Source: Vicugna vicugna (taxonomy: Eukaryota). Taken from it: a DNA stretch of 64,000 nt. This document shows, piece by piece, positions 13,373 through 26,017 of the stretch (position 1 is the first letter of the stretch; every line of letters starts with the position of its first letter). The notes under the pieces are model-generated. The model did not search any database. It saw only the letters and a list, made by a program, of their open reading frames with translations, and had not been told where the DNA came from. The position numbers were made by a program, and so were the translations under genes. Where the stretch lies: positions 2,071,696 to 2,135,695 of the forward strand of contig MU058540.1 in the NCBI GenBank assembly GCA_013265495.1, in the 5' to 3' direction.

Positions 13373-13965
13373 TGAGGAAGGAAAAAGCAGCACCTGACAT
13401 CTGGAAACTGCCTGACTCTTACAGAGGCCTTGGTGATGTCTGAAGCTGGCCTGGGGCACACAGCTAGGCCATGCTATTCTTCTGTCGGACACAACAATCT
13501 CATAAAACATCAACATCAGACAAGGTCACTCTGAGACCATGAAAAAGTGAGACAAAACAAGAACACTTCAAAATTTTGTCTGAGCATGGACAAAAAAACA
13601 AGGTCCCTGTGCAACCTACAAAATACCAAACATCCCCCTCTCCTGGTGACATGAGTGACTGCTGCTTCTCTACAGGTACAGCTTTAGTCTCACTCCAGGC
13701 AGCCCTCTTCCTAGGTAAGATTTACTAAGCCACCCAAAGGATCATCCACATCCTAACAACACCCAATCCAGAGCAAATCCCTTCTTCCTTAAATCCTCCC
13801 CAAATCAAAATACAAGCCCAAATCCTATAAAAAGTCCTTTCCAACACTCTTACTGAGACACCCACAGTTTCCCATGGTGTGTGTTCTCCCTCCCTCCAAG
13901 TAATAAATCCAGCTTGTTGGACTACAGCTGCGTTCCTAGTGGTCTGTGGCTGGAGGGCACTGACA
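13373..13965 (+). mobile_element. Solo ERV LTR (subfamily uncertain, probably ERV1 class)
   Basis: TG...CA termini, TATA-like CCTATAAAA (~13825), AATAAA (~13902), possible 4-bp TSD AGTC/AGGC. Confidence 0.65.
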
Positions 13966-14529
13966 AGGCTCACTCAACTGGCTGAAGCAGAGTGTGGGAC
14001 CACACCAAACAAGAAGGAAACCAGTGGCATCATTCAGTATATTTACAAGCAGAATGGAGCCCATCAGTTAGTCTGGAGTTGGTTAAGCAGGCTTCTACCA
14101 TATTTCCTCAGAATCAGTTCCTAGAAATAGAATTACTGGGTCAAAGCATAAACATTTTTAAGATTCCTGTTCTTTGGGATCTTTTGATTTTTAAGGTGTT
14201 AACTGTAGGTTACAATACACCAAGAATTTATATATGCAATTTATTCTTCCACTTCAACTGGACTTCAACTTTACTAGCTCAAACATAATTTATCGATTTC
14301 AGGAGTCCTATTCCATTTGTAACAAAATCTGAAATAAGAATATATACTTATACAAATTTATAATATATCTATCCATAAGTTCAAATGCTTTTTATATATA
14401 CCCAACTGTAGGCATTTGAAAAATTTTAAAGTGAACAAAGCTTAGTATAAAAGCAATACACTGTACTTTTTCCTTTCTACAGAGTATTATATAACTTTCT
14501 GATTTAGAAAGATCAAAATCAAATTTTAT

Positions 14530-14702
14530 AGGTTCAGCGTAGGGTCATCAGTTATAACAAGTGTACCATTCTGGTGGGGGATATTAAGAGAGGGGAGGCT
14601 ATGCACATGTGGGGGTTGGAAATATATGGGAAATCTCCGTATTTTCCACTCAATTTTGCTGTCAGCCTAAAACTGCTCTGAAAAATAAAATTTACTTAAA
14701 AA
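14530..14702 (+). mobile_element. Old L1MC-type 3' end
   Basis: 'aacaagtgtaccattctggtggggg...gggaaatctccgtatttt...cctaaaactgctctgaaaaataaa'. Confidence 0.7.
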
Positions 14703-14811
14703 ATCATACATTTTAACATATAACATTTCTTTTAATCACTATTTTCACTTATAATAAAGACTATAGTGACCACTTTACAACATTCTAATTTTTTTCTTTA
14801 ATGACTTAAAA

Positions 14812-15985
14812 TTTTTTAATTGTGGTAAAATACATATAACACAAAATTAACCATTTCAACCATTTTTAAGTGGATAGTTAAGTACAGTCACACTGTTGTG
14901 CAACCAATCTCCAGAACTTTTTCATCTTGCAACATTACCACTCTACTCATTAAACAACACCTCATTTCCTCCTGCCGCAAATCCCTGACAAGAATTTAGA
15001 CTTCTCCAGATGTAAATAGAATCATATATCTATCTTTTTGTGACTGGCTTACTTCACTTGGTGTAATGTCCTCAAGGTTCATCAGTTTTGTCCCATGTGA
15101 ATAACATTCTATTGCATTGTATGTATATATGACATTTGGTTTATCTATCCATCTGCAGATAAACATTTGGGTGGCTTCCATCTTTTGGGTATAATGAATA
15201 ATGCTATGAACATGAGTGTACAAGTATCTCTGAGACTGCTTTCAGTTTTTTTGAGTATATAGTGAGATGTGGAATTGCTGGATCATAGGGTCACTCTATT
15301 TTTAATTTTTTTGATAACTGCCATACTGTTTTCCATAGTGGCTACACTATTTTACCAACCCACCAACAGTGCACAAGGGTTCAATTTCAAAGCTTATTAA
15401 CACTTCTAGTTTTCTGTTTGTGTTTTGTTTTTTTACAGTAGCCATCCTGATTGGTGTCAGGTGCCATCTCACTGTGGTTTTGATTTGTATTTCCCTAATG
15501 ATTAGTGATGTAGAGCATCTTTTCAGATGCTTGTAGGCCATTTGTATGTCTTCTTTGGGGAAATGTCTATTTAAGTCCATTGTCCATTTTATAATCGGGT
15601 TATTTGTTTTTTTTTAATTACAGGAGTTCTTTATATATTCTGGACATTAACCCATCAGATATATGATTTACAAATATTCCCTCCCATTCTGTAGGTTGCC
15701 TTTTCACTCTGTTACTGTATCCTTTGATGCACAAAAGTTTTAAATTTTGAGGTAGTCCAATCTATGTAGTTTTACTTTTGTTGCCTGTGCTTTTGGTGTC
15801 ATATCCAAGAAATCACTGCCAAACCTAATGTCATGAAGCTTTTGCTCAAAGTTTTCCTCTAAGAAAATAGTTTTAGGTCATCTATTTAGGGTTTTTGATT
15901 CATTTTGAGTTAATTGTTGTATATGATGTTAAGTAAGGGTCTAACTTAATTCTTTTGTGTGTGAATATCTACTGTTCCCAAAATC
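14812..15985 (-). mobile_element. L1MB-type fragment (ORF2 C-terminus and 3'UTR)
   Basis: ORFs 15347..15580 and 14996..15223 resemble the ORF2p C-terminus ([22 protein letters not shown]). Confidence 0.85.
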
Positions 15986-16029
15986 ACCTTGACTATGTAA
16001 CTTTAACTTTTAAAATTTTTATTTAAAAC

Positions 16030-16172
16030 ATTTTTATTGAAGTATTTTGATTTTACAACATTCTGTTAGTTTCAGGTGCACAGCAAAGTGATTCAGTTGT
16101 GGCGCGGCGTTGGTGGTATAGTGGTTAGCATAGCTGCCTTCCAAAGTGATTCAGTTGTACATATATATACAC
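16030..16172 (-). mobile_element. Short L1 3'-terminal fragment (host of the tRNA retrocopy)
   Basis: 'tttttattgaagta...gttagtttcaggtgcacagcaaagtgattcagttgtacatata' is a standard antisense L1 3' end. Confidence 0.75.
16101..16144 (+). pseudogene. Tailless retropseudogene of the tRNA-Gly(TCC) 5' half (tRNA nt 1-38 at 16107-16144, plus 6 extra 5' nt)
   Basis: GCGTTGGTGGTATAGTGGTTAGCATAGCTGCCTTCCAA matches mammalian tRNA-Gly-TCC up to the anticodon loop (TCC at 16140-16142). Perfect direct repeat CAAAGTGATTCAGTTGT at 16084-16100 and 16142-16158. Confidence 0.92.
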
Positions 16173-17364
16173 TATACAACTTTCAAATGTATGTTTGCAT
16201 TTGAAATCACTGATAATACTGATGTTGTCTTTCTTTTTTTTCCTGTATATTTTTTCCTCTAATAAATTTTATTTGGTCGTCTTTTTAAATGTCTTATACA
16301 GGGCCCTGAAAATCATCCCTACTCCCTACCAAAAGTATCTGGTTATGAATAGAACAAATTAATTTATATTTTAAGATTCTTTTAAAGTGTTCCATATGTC
16401 TTATGTTATATTCTATTTTTGCCACTTCTCTACTTAATTACTAAGAAAACTGATCACAAGATAGTGACCTCTCCTTATCCTCATGGCTTATAGTTTCAAA
16501 AACAGGCAGAAAAAATAATCCGTCCTGGGACAGCCTTAATGATTAACTCTGTTAGGCTAAAGTGTTAGACATGGACCGGAAGGCAGAAGTCACGTCTTGA
16601 TTATTTTTTATTTCCCAAAGAACTTAACACCACAATATTATACTCAATAAAGGAACAAAGTCCACACTGCAATATCTAATTTAAATGGAGTTAGAAATTT
16701 GTTAGCTTCCTTCAGTCTACTCAGCCCTGCCTAAATCAGATTCTCCTTAATATCCATTCAGCAATGAAGCTGGAAGCATTCTGCCTCTATTGGAAAGGGC
16801 CAGGTAAAGCCAAAGAAAGTACTTCCTTAAAAATTTGCCATCTTTCTGGCTCACACTTTCGGGGAGGGTTAGGAAAATTAAATATTTGGCCTAAAAGCTT
16901 TCCTTCCAAATCCTGAATGCTCCTAAACTGCACATTAAGAAAAAAAAAGTAAACATGTTAAGAATACATTTAAGTAGGAAAAAAAAGAATATATTTAAGT
17001 GGGAACAAGAGTATCAATAGAAATACAAAGGGAGCATTTGGCTAAACCACAAACAACCCACAGGAAGTTGGCTGTATGGTTACCCAGTACTAGTAAGTGT
17101 ATGTCACTAGTGTTATGAATGTTGTCGAGGCTTAAAATACATGGGAAAAGATACTTCAAATAAAAATAAAACTGTAAAAATATGAATTAGGCCCATGTAA
17201 CAGTAATATTTTTGCTTTTGATAAATGTCATTAACTGTATTACTCTTGTAAGAATGTCTGGTGTACAGTAAGCACTCAGTAAATTCTGCTGGACCAGGAT
17301 CTACTTTGATTCTGTACCTAGTGCTGGGGCTAGTTTTAAACCTTAAGATCTACCATAACTTGAA

Positions 17365-17462
17365 AGAGACTGCTTGGGTTTGAATTCTGGCTCTGCCACT
17401 TCCTGTATAACTTTGGGCTAATTACTTAACCTCTCTCTGTACCTTAGTTTCCTCTTATGTAA
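17365..17462 (+). mobile_element. MIR 5' part (appears to resume at ~18540-18630 after an L1)
   Basis: 'gggtttgaattctggctctgccactt...ttacttaacctctct...agtttcctc'. Confidence 0.65.
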
Positions 17463-17519
17463 AAAAAAAAAAAGACCCAAACAAAAACAAAAGTGATTAA
17501 TTATAGTAAGTACCATAAA

Positions 17520-18455
17520 AAATTTAGTAAAGTGGACTTCATCAGAATTAAAAACTTTTGTTCCCTGAAAGACTAGTTAAGAAAATGAAAAGGCAAGATA
17601 GAGACTGGGAGAACATAGTTCCAAAATACGTATCTGATTAAGTGCTTGTCTTGCTGAGTACAACTCAATAAAAAGATACTACTGATTTTTAAACTGGGCA
17701 AAAGATTTGAACAGATATTTCACAAAAGAAAATATACAAATGTCCACTAAGCACAAGAAAATATACTCTCAACATCACTAGTTATCAGGGAAATGCAATT
17801 GAAAATCAAAATGCAATACCATTTCACAACCATATTAAAATGGCTAAAGTTTAATTAAAAGACTGATAATATTAAGGGCTGACAAGGATGTGAAAAACGA
17901 CCTCTCAAGTATTACTGGTGAGAATGCAAAATGGTACAGCCACTGTGAAAAACAGTATGGTAGTATTTTATGAAGGTAAACGTATGTTTACCATATGACC
18001 AACAAGTCCAATCCCAGGTATTTACCCCAAAATAAATTTACCCAACACATCGACACAAAGACAAGTATGTGTATGCTCATTATGTTATTCATAATAACCC
18101 CAAATTAGAAACAACCCCAACGTCCAGTTTTTTGAATGGATGAACAAATTGTGGTGTTTCCATACTGTAAAACACTACTTGGCAACTCAACATGCATGAA
18201 TCTCAAAATCATTATGCTAAGTGAAAGAAGTCGAACACCAAAGATGACATCTGATTCCACTTATATGAAATTCTGGAAAACACAAACTATAGTAACAGAA
18301 CCAGATTAGCGACTGCATGGCCCAAGGTCCAGGAAGTGACAAAAGGACGTAAGAAAACTTTTTGGGGTGAGGAAATTTTCTATATGTTGATTGTGGTGGT
18401 GGTTACCCTTAAAATGGTAAATCTTGTTATATGTAAATAGTACCTCAAAAAAAAA
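17520..18455 (+). mobile_element. Old L1M fragment (ORF2 end and 3'UTR)
   Basis: 'gacttcatcagaattaaaaacttttg', 'atcagggaaatgcaattgaaaatcaaaatg', 'tatgctaagtgaaagaagtc'. Confidence 0.8.
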
Positions 18456-19189
18456 ACCACCTCTAAGAGTCTTAGACACAAATGTTAATATGACTGTCAC
18501 CTAATTATACTAAATAAATTGTACAAAGAGTCTAAAAAATAATAATAGGACTGGTGTGAGGATTAAATGTGATGACATATGTAAGGCCCTTAGCTTGGCA
18601 TTCTAAGTACTTCAAAAAGTATTAGCTATTAGTCTTTCAAACATAAACTTTCCCCTTTTACCCCAACATGCTAACGACGGACTAAATTAACAGGTATTTT
18701 TACTAATAATCATGAGTCATCATGCATTTAATAAGGTTATATTAATGTTAAAGGTAGATTGCTGATATTTACTTCATTATGGTTTAATCTCAATAGTAAA
18801 AGATAAGTATAGGTATGTGAAAAATCTAAAATGACTGATTTGTTTCTCTTCTCAAATCTAGGGGAAGAATATAAGAAATAGGATTCTTATCTTCATAATT
18901 CCCAACCATGTTAGTCACATACCAAGAGCACCAAAAACAACTTCTTTGAAGTAGCCTTTTATCAGAAATCACCAGACCTTTCCAAGGGTAGGTGGGGAAG
19001 GGGTGAGGCTTTAGCGTTCTTGGACTTATATTAACTAACTTCTAACAAGCCATATGGTCCACAAAGTTCAATTTGATGTATGGGCTATTATTCTTCTTCC
19101 AAGATAAAAAAAAATTATACTAAATTAACTGAAGACATTGAAAAGTATTTGTAAAGAAATCAGTAAAAATCACATTTAAGACTTGAAAA

Positions 19190-20599
19190 TAGTGGTTCTC
19201 AATCTTTTTTCCTCAGGACCCCTTTACAGCTTAAAAATTAAAGACTGTAAGGAGCCTTTTTTTTTTTTGTATGTCTACTGATATTTACAATATTTAAAAA
19301 ATTTAAGTTACTTAGAAATTTGTTTAAAAATAACAAGAACCTCATTTTATGTAAACATAAATTATTTTTATGGAACTATATTTTCCAAAACAAAAAATTA
19401 GTGAGAAGAGTGGCATTGTTTTACAATTTTACAAATGTAAAATGTGTCTGACTTAATAAAAAACAACCAGATTCTCATATCTACTTTTGAATTCATCTGT
19501 TGCAATTTTGGTTGAAGTATATGAAGATGAATAATTAGAAAAGGTAGGAGTATTTAAAAAAAAAAGGTAGGAAGGAGTATTTTAGTAGCCTAATATTCAT
19601 AATTATCTGATACTACTTTGAAACTGGACAAGTGGTAGTTTCAATAAAGGTTAGCTGCAGTATGGAATGTGAAACCATATTAATGAACTTTTCATATTAT
19701 ATTACATTAAAATCCACTGGTCTAGCTTACACATCAAATGGATCTTTTTAGTCATGCATGATTTTGTAACATCTTGCATTGGTCACTGGGAAAATGTTGT
19801 TCACTGAGTTATATAATCTTCCAAATGTTACCACATTTCCTTGTATAATATTTAAAAAATCACATTCATTAATACCCACTGATCTCATCAGAAGTCTTAA
19901 GTTTTGGGAAGCTGTCCATCTCTGAGTGGCAGATACAAATTTTCCAGAACTGAAACTTTCACTTGAAAACTCAATGGTAACAAATATTGTCAGTTGTTTT
20001 CCTTTAAGTGACAGGCTCACTTCATTCATTTGCAAGAAAATATCTGCCAAATACGGAATAATCAAGTCTGAATAATCATAGCTTGCCCTTTCAAATAAAA
20101 ATGGTGCTTCATGAAAAAATGTAGCTGGTTCAGCTCTCAACTCAAGCAAGTGCACAAGTGCCTTTCTTTGAGATGACCGTTGTACTTGGGTGTGCAGAAG
20201 TGCTCTATGTGTGCTTCCTGTTCTGCCACAAACATAAAAACAATGTGAAACTCAAGGATTAGGACTTAATAGCCCTAATGTCTTTTATACTTTATCAAGG
20301 ACATTCTTAAGTGAAACTGGTCTTCCTTTTTTTTTCTTATTTAAACAGTGAGTGAGGGCAGTGAAGAATATACTACTGCTTGTATAATTTGGTGCCATTG
20401 CCTAGATCTGTGCTAAGGCAACAGCAATTTTTTTTTTTTAACCAAAGCAGCTTTGGTACCATCAGTGCAAATGTCAACACAATGAAAAAAATAGATAACA
20501 TATTAGTATTATTATGAAAGTAATTTTGACATTGTGGACCCCCTAAAATAATCTCAAGGACCCACCAGGGATCCACAGACCATAATGTGAGAACTACTG
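19190..20599 (-). mobile_element. Charlie1a-like hAT DNA transposon with transposase remnant
   Basis: Inverted ends (T)AGTGGTTCTCA / TGAGAACTACTG. 8-bp TSD CTTGAAAA/CTCTAAAA (6/8). ORF 19748..20155 contains hAT-like YLADIFxxMNEVSLSLxGK. About 1.4 kb. Confidence 0.8.
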
Positions 20600-20712
20600 C
20601 TCTAAAATATGTTTACTTTTGTCAAGGATAGGATCCACTAGCTCCTATATAATATAAATAGCAATAAATTTAAGCAAATCACAACTCAAAAAAAAAAAAA
20701 AAACCTTCTTAC

Positions 20713-20857
20713 CTTTGCCAAGACTAAAGACAAATGGTTCGTTTCTATCATGACTGGAATCAAATTTCTTCCCATTTGACAATTTTCCTTTGTAATGGAC
20801 ATAAACTTTGTCTCCAATCATTGGTGTTTCCTCACTATTCCCCACTCTTCTGATAAG
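20713..20857 (-). CDS. FKBP5: FKBP5 exon 3 (FK1 domain): [48 protein letters not shown](G)
   Basis: Overlaps ORF 20645..20845. Contains the FKBP motif VHYxGxLxxGKKFDSS. Acceptor TTTTCTAG| at 20858, donor AAG|GTAAGA at 20712. 145 bp, phases 0/1 fit the neighbouring exons. Confidence 0.98.
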
Positions 20858-21864
20858 CTAGAAAAGACCAAATGTCAGGGAAAAGGAGGTGAAACATTTC
20901 ACTTCTAATCAAGAGAATAAAAACGTCACACAGTCTATTCTGCATCACCCAGGCAAATCTACAAACTCTTTTACCTGTCCTTTCTAAAGGCTTCACTCCC
21001 AGTTCTCTCAATAATCCTCATTGTTAGCAAACTGTCCTGTGCTACTCTAAATCTTTCATGCTATATTTAATTTTATTGTTAATCACAATATGCTCTCAAA
21101 ATAATTAACTAACAGTTCCTGCTTCATTGGTTTAATGCCCCATGCTTTCACACTAAAATCTCTCAAAACTCCATGTACAAACTGAATTAGACCAAAAAGA
21201 TTAGCTTTCACAAACATTCAAAAAGAAGTCTGAAGCAAAGTTTCAAAGGTGAGATTTTTACTTCCCTCCTTTGCTAAAATCATTAGCTTGAGACTAGATT
21301 CCACTAGTTTGGTTTAATTTCAGAAAGCCCAATTTCCTGTTATAACAGGTTATTTCTTACTATCTGAAGAATATTCAATGTGTGAAAAAGAAGTATCACT
21401 GCACAGTTTGATATGATACCAAATAACTTGTCTTCTAGTAAAGGAAATGCCAAAAAAGCTCCATGTTGAAAAATATTTAGCTATCTTAAAATCCAGCATA
21501 CTTAATTTTTGTTTTTGGCAGGCAAACCACTAATGCAGTTGGTCAGTTCTGGGAAAAAAATCAAATCCAGGCATATGGTGGTATAATTTATTCTGTCAAT
21601 CACTTATGCCTAATTAATCATTTTGTTAGATAACAGAGATGGTACCTAAAGTCCAATAAACATCTTCTGGGGGGAGGGGTTTGAATTTTTTTCCAAATAA
21701 TTCAATTATTTACTTCTAAATTCTTTTTTTGAGCCATGTCCCCCCAGGCCCACCCTCATATCACCACATAAACACTGTGAACTTAGATTCTACAACTTTC
21801 TTCGTCTACAAAAACCCAGACATTCTTTAAAGGAAAAAAATGATTTCTGCAACTCCATAAGAAA

Positions 21865-23384
21865 TCTGTCTGAACTAACCAATGAACTCAGTAAAGTTGC
21901 AGGATTGCAAAATCAACACACAGAAACCATTTCTATATGCTGACAACAAAATATTTGATAAAAATATAAAGAAAACAATCCCAGAAATGCAAAGCAAAAC
22001 CACAATGAGGTAAATAAATACACATACACACAATGCAATATTATTCAGCTATAAAAGAGAATGAAATCTTGCCATTTGCTACAACATGGATAGACCTTAA
22101 GGGCATTATGCTAAGTGAAACAGATCAGATAAAGACAAATACTGTATGATCTCAGTTACATATGGAATCTAAAAAAAGAAAAGAAAAAAACAACTAAGTT
22201 CATAGATACAGAGAACATAAACAAATTGGTGATTACCAGAGATGAGAGTTTGAGAGGAGGGTGGGAAAAAATGGGTGGAGTCAGAAGATATAAACCTCCA
22301 TTTGTAAAATAAGTCACGGATGTAATGTACAGTATGGTGCAATAGTCAATAATATTGTATTGCATATTTGAAAATTGCTAACAGATCTAAAAAGCTCCCA
22401 TCACAAGAAAAAAAATTACCTATGTATGGTGACAGATGTCAACTAGACTTATTGTGATGATCATTTCACAATATATGCAAATGTCAAATTGCTATGTTGT
22501 ATACCTGAAACTAATATAACGTTATATGTCAATTATACCTCAATAAAAAAAATTCCATTCAAAACAGCATCAACAGCTATCAAATAATTAGGAATAAATT
22601 TAACCAAGGAGGTTACAATGAAAACTATAAGATTCTTATGAAAGAAACTGAAAAAGGTAAAAATAAATGGAAATATATCCTATGTTCGTGGATCAGAAGA
22701 ATTAAAAAAGTTAAAATGTCCATACTATGAAAGACATCTATAGATTTAATGCAATCAAAATTCACTATGGTATTTTTCACAGGAACAGAAAAAAATGCTA
22801 AAATGTGTACAGACCAAAAAGGCCCCCAAAAGCCAAGGCAATCCTGAGAAAGAACAAAGCTGGAGGCATCACATTTCCTGATTTCAAATTATATTATTAA
22901 ACTATTGTAATTAAAACAGAATGGTACTGCCATGAAAACAGGCACATAGACCCATGCAATAGAACTGAGAGCCCAGAAATGAATCCGAGCATATATAGTC
23001 AACTAATATTTGATAAGGGAGCCAAGAATACTCAATGAGGAACAGATAATCTCTTCAATAAATGGTGCAGGGAAAACTGAATAATTACATGCAGAAGAAT
23101 AAAACTGGACACCTATCTTACACCGCTAATAAAAATTAACTCAAAATTGATTAAAGACTTAAATATGAGATCTGAAAATCTAAAACTCCTAGAAGAAAAC
23201 AAGGGGAAAAAGCTTCTTGACATTGGTCTTGGTAAGAATTTTTTGGATATGACACCAAAAGCACAAGTAACAAAAGCAAAAATAAGTGGAACAGCAAACT
23301 AAAAAGCTTCTGCACAGCAAAAGAAACAATCACCACAGTAAAAAGGCATCCGGTGGAAAGGGAGAAATCTGTGCAAAAACATAT

Positions 23385-23420
<36 letters not shown>

Positions 23421-23905
23421 AAGAAAGAAGGAAATCATATTATTTGTTACAATACAGATGTACTCTGAGGGCATTATGCTAAGTGAAATAAGTCAGACTA
23501 AGAAAGACAAATGCTGTATGACACTGCTTATGTGCGGAATCTAAAAAAGCTGAACTCACAGAGAGAGAATAGGGGGTGCCAGGGGCTAGAGGATGGGAGA
23601 AATGGAGAGAGATTGGTCAAAGGGTATAAACTTCCAAGTTATAAGACGAATAAATTCTAGGGATCTAATGTACAGCATGGTGACTAAGTTAACAGCACTG
23701 TATTACATACCTGAGAGTTGCTAAAAAAAAAATAGCTCTTAAATGTTCTCACCACAAAAAAAGAAATTATTATTTGAGGTGATGGAGGGGTTAACTAACT
23801 CTACTGTGGTAATCATTTCAAAACATACAAGTGTATCAAATCATCACATTGTACACCTTCAACTTACATAATATTTCAATTATATCACAGTAAAGCTGGG
23901 AAAAA
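21865..23905 (+). mobile_element. L1MA/MB-type element with a second L1 3' end nested at ~21984-22550
   Basis: ORF2-derived text is interrupted at 'aacaatccca' and resumes at 'attccattcaaaacagcatc'. Two separate 3'UTR termini. (TG)n at 23387-23419. Confidence 0.8.
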
Positions 23906-24399
23906 TCATTATAATTTTAAAAATTAAATTAAGAGGTTTTTTTTAAAAAAAAAAAAAAAAGAATCACTACTGCCCTTCTATGACTCAAAGGGAAAAAGTT
24001 TCAAAAAAATTTAATCTGAAAGAAAGCACATGATATTCTAAAAGTTCTCATGCTCATGAACTGCATGCAGTATCTGGGAGCCTGAGCCTCACATGGAGAT
24101 TCTGCTTTTCTAGGACTATAACCAAGTAACTGGGCATATGGGATGAATGGCTACCAGGGCATCAGAGAGCTGTTCACATCTGCACATGACACTACTGTAT
24201 TACTTTAGGTTTCCCCAGCAAGGTGAATTTAGTGTCAAAATCTGGAGTTGTCCTGAGAATACAATCTAGTCTCAATTCATGTTAAAAATGTAAGCTCCAC
24301 AAAGAAATTTTATCTTCCTAAGCTAGTTTCTGACTTCCCAGATCTGCCTTGGTCTTTAAAAAAAAACACACACACACACATACATATAAAATGGTTAAT

Positions 24400-24550
24400 A
24401 AGAGAGAGTACTACAGGCATGGCACTGTGCTAAATGCTTTATGTAATCCTGATAACTCTCCGAGGTAGGCAGTATTATTATTCTAATTTTACAAATGAGG
24501 AAACTTCATCTCAGATAGGTTACTAAATTGCCCTAGGTCACACAGTTAAT
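24400..24550 (-). mobile_element. MIR SINE
   Basis: 'attttacaaatgaggaaact...aaattgccctaggtcacacag'. Confidence 0.7.
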
Positions 24551-25579
24551 AGACCTATTTAATCTTAACCAAAGCCTCATGGTGAAATCTGAGGCTCTGG
24601 GCAGTGATAAATGACTTAAAGGGCTTATAACCTAAAAATGCTTCTTACAGGCCTAAAAATCTTGTTAGATTTACTCGCTAGAACAAAGCAGGACCTGAGG
24701 CAAGCTGGGGACTGTGTTCTCTGCACGGGTGCTCTGAAAAGATGAAAGAGAAGAACTTAAACAGAGGTAGGGAGATGCTGAGAACAGCCTACAGAATTTC
24801 CACTGTCTCAAGAGGCATCCTGGAGTCTGGGGTGAGGAACTCACATAGCTACAAGGTTGAGAAGCCCTCTGAATGAAGATATCATGATATATATACATCT
24901 ATAGCACAGAGCCCTTTTTCTACAGGTATAAGTCTTCAAATGTTGGCTTGGCACATGGCAAGCAAACAGTAAAACATGTATATTCAGAAGAGATTCGGGT
25001 GCAGAAAACTTTCACATAAGCAAGATTATCCAAAACAAACTAAAAACTTATTTGCTGATGACATGAGGCAATAGTAAAACTCAGCTTAGTGGTAATATTT
25101 AGAATTCGTGAGATGATCTTCAGCAAAAAAAATTAAGTCAACTATACAAACCTTGAATGTATAACAGTGTAGGAGAAAGAACAACTTAACATGACCAAAG
25201 CCATTTAACCTTTCTTTATTATATGGAATAATAACACATATATGTCTTTCATATATAAATGGAAGAATCAAAAGGTGCTCTGATTGTCTCATAAGACAAT
25301 TGTGAGATACAAATAAAAAACACACGTAAAAATGCTTAATTACAGAGTGAAAAAAGTGTTTTAAGGAGGAAAGTTGATTCAAAAAGTGAGATATGTCCTC
25401 TGATGAAACCACACAAAAAAATCTTCACTGTATACACTAACACTGTATGTAAAAAACAAATCTTTTTGAACTTTAAATTAGCTTTTCTTTTTCCTTTAAA
25501 AAATTTTTGTTGAATTATTATTAGCCAGCTTTAATATACTTAAATAACACCTGTTTGTACGTTCTGCGAATAGGGAGAC

Positions 25580-25812
25580 ACAGTCTTCTGGAGTCAGACA
25601 TAACTAGGACCTGACCCCAGATCTGCATTTACTAAGAAATATGATTTGAGGCAAGTTAATTTACCTAGCCGGGTCTCAATTTTACCATCTATAACCTGGA
25701 TTAAAAACAAACCTCAAATCTAAGAACAAAAACAAAAACAAAACCCAAAACCCAAACCTCGTTATGAAGATGAACCGAGTATTTGGCACTTAGTAAGCCT
25801 CAATAAACATTA
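25580..25812 (+). mobile_element. MIR SINE, degenerate
   Basis: 'ctggagtcagac...ggcaagttaattt...tggcacttagtaagcctcaataaa'. Confidence 0.6.
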
Positions 25813-25912
25813 TCCATCGCCACCTTCAGCCAAAAAAGCAAAAAAAGATTTTTATAGACAATCTTTCCAGATAGCAGATTTTCCTACACATCATTCACCC
25901 TTGTGGTCTCAC

Positions 25913-26017
25913 CTTTAATACTCCTCTATCTTTTTTGGAGGTAATATCCTCTCCCTGTTCAGCAACAGCTGCTGCTGGGTTTTCTCCATTGTTCTTGGCA
26001 CCTTCATCAGTAGTCAT
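25913..26017 (-). CDS. FKBP5: FKBP5 first coding exon (exon 2 by human numbering), aa 1-35: [35 protein letters not shown]
   Basis: Manual translation matches the known FKBP51 N-terminus. ATG at 26017-26015 has A at -3 and an in-frame upstream TAA. Donor AAG|GTGAGA at 25912. 105 coding bp, phase 0. Confidence 0.97.

Noticed and set aside
16107..16180. Functional tRNA-Gly gene
   Set aside because: The 3' half (T-arm/B-box and acceptor 3' strand) is absent, and the sequence returns to L1 after the anticodon loop.
19748..20155. Domesticated transposase gene
   Set aside because: A short frameshifted remnant inside a TIR-bounded Charlie-like element.
25979..25981. Loss of the human Ser13-Pro motif (here Asn-Pro)
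   Set aside because: As I recall, mouse FKBP51 also has GENP, so it is not lineage-specific.
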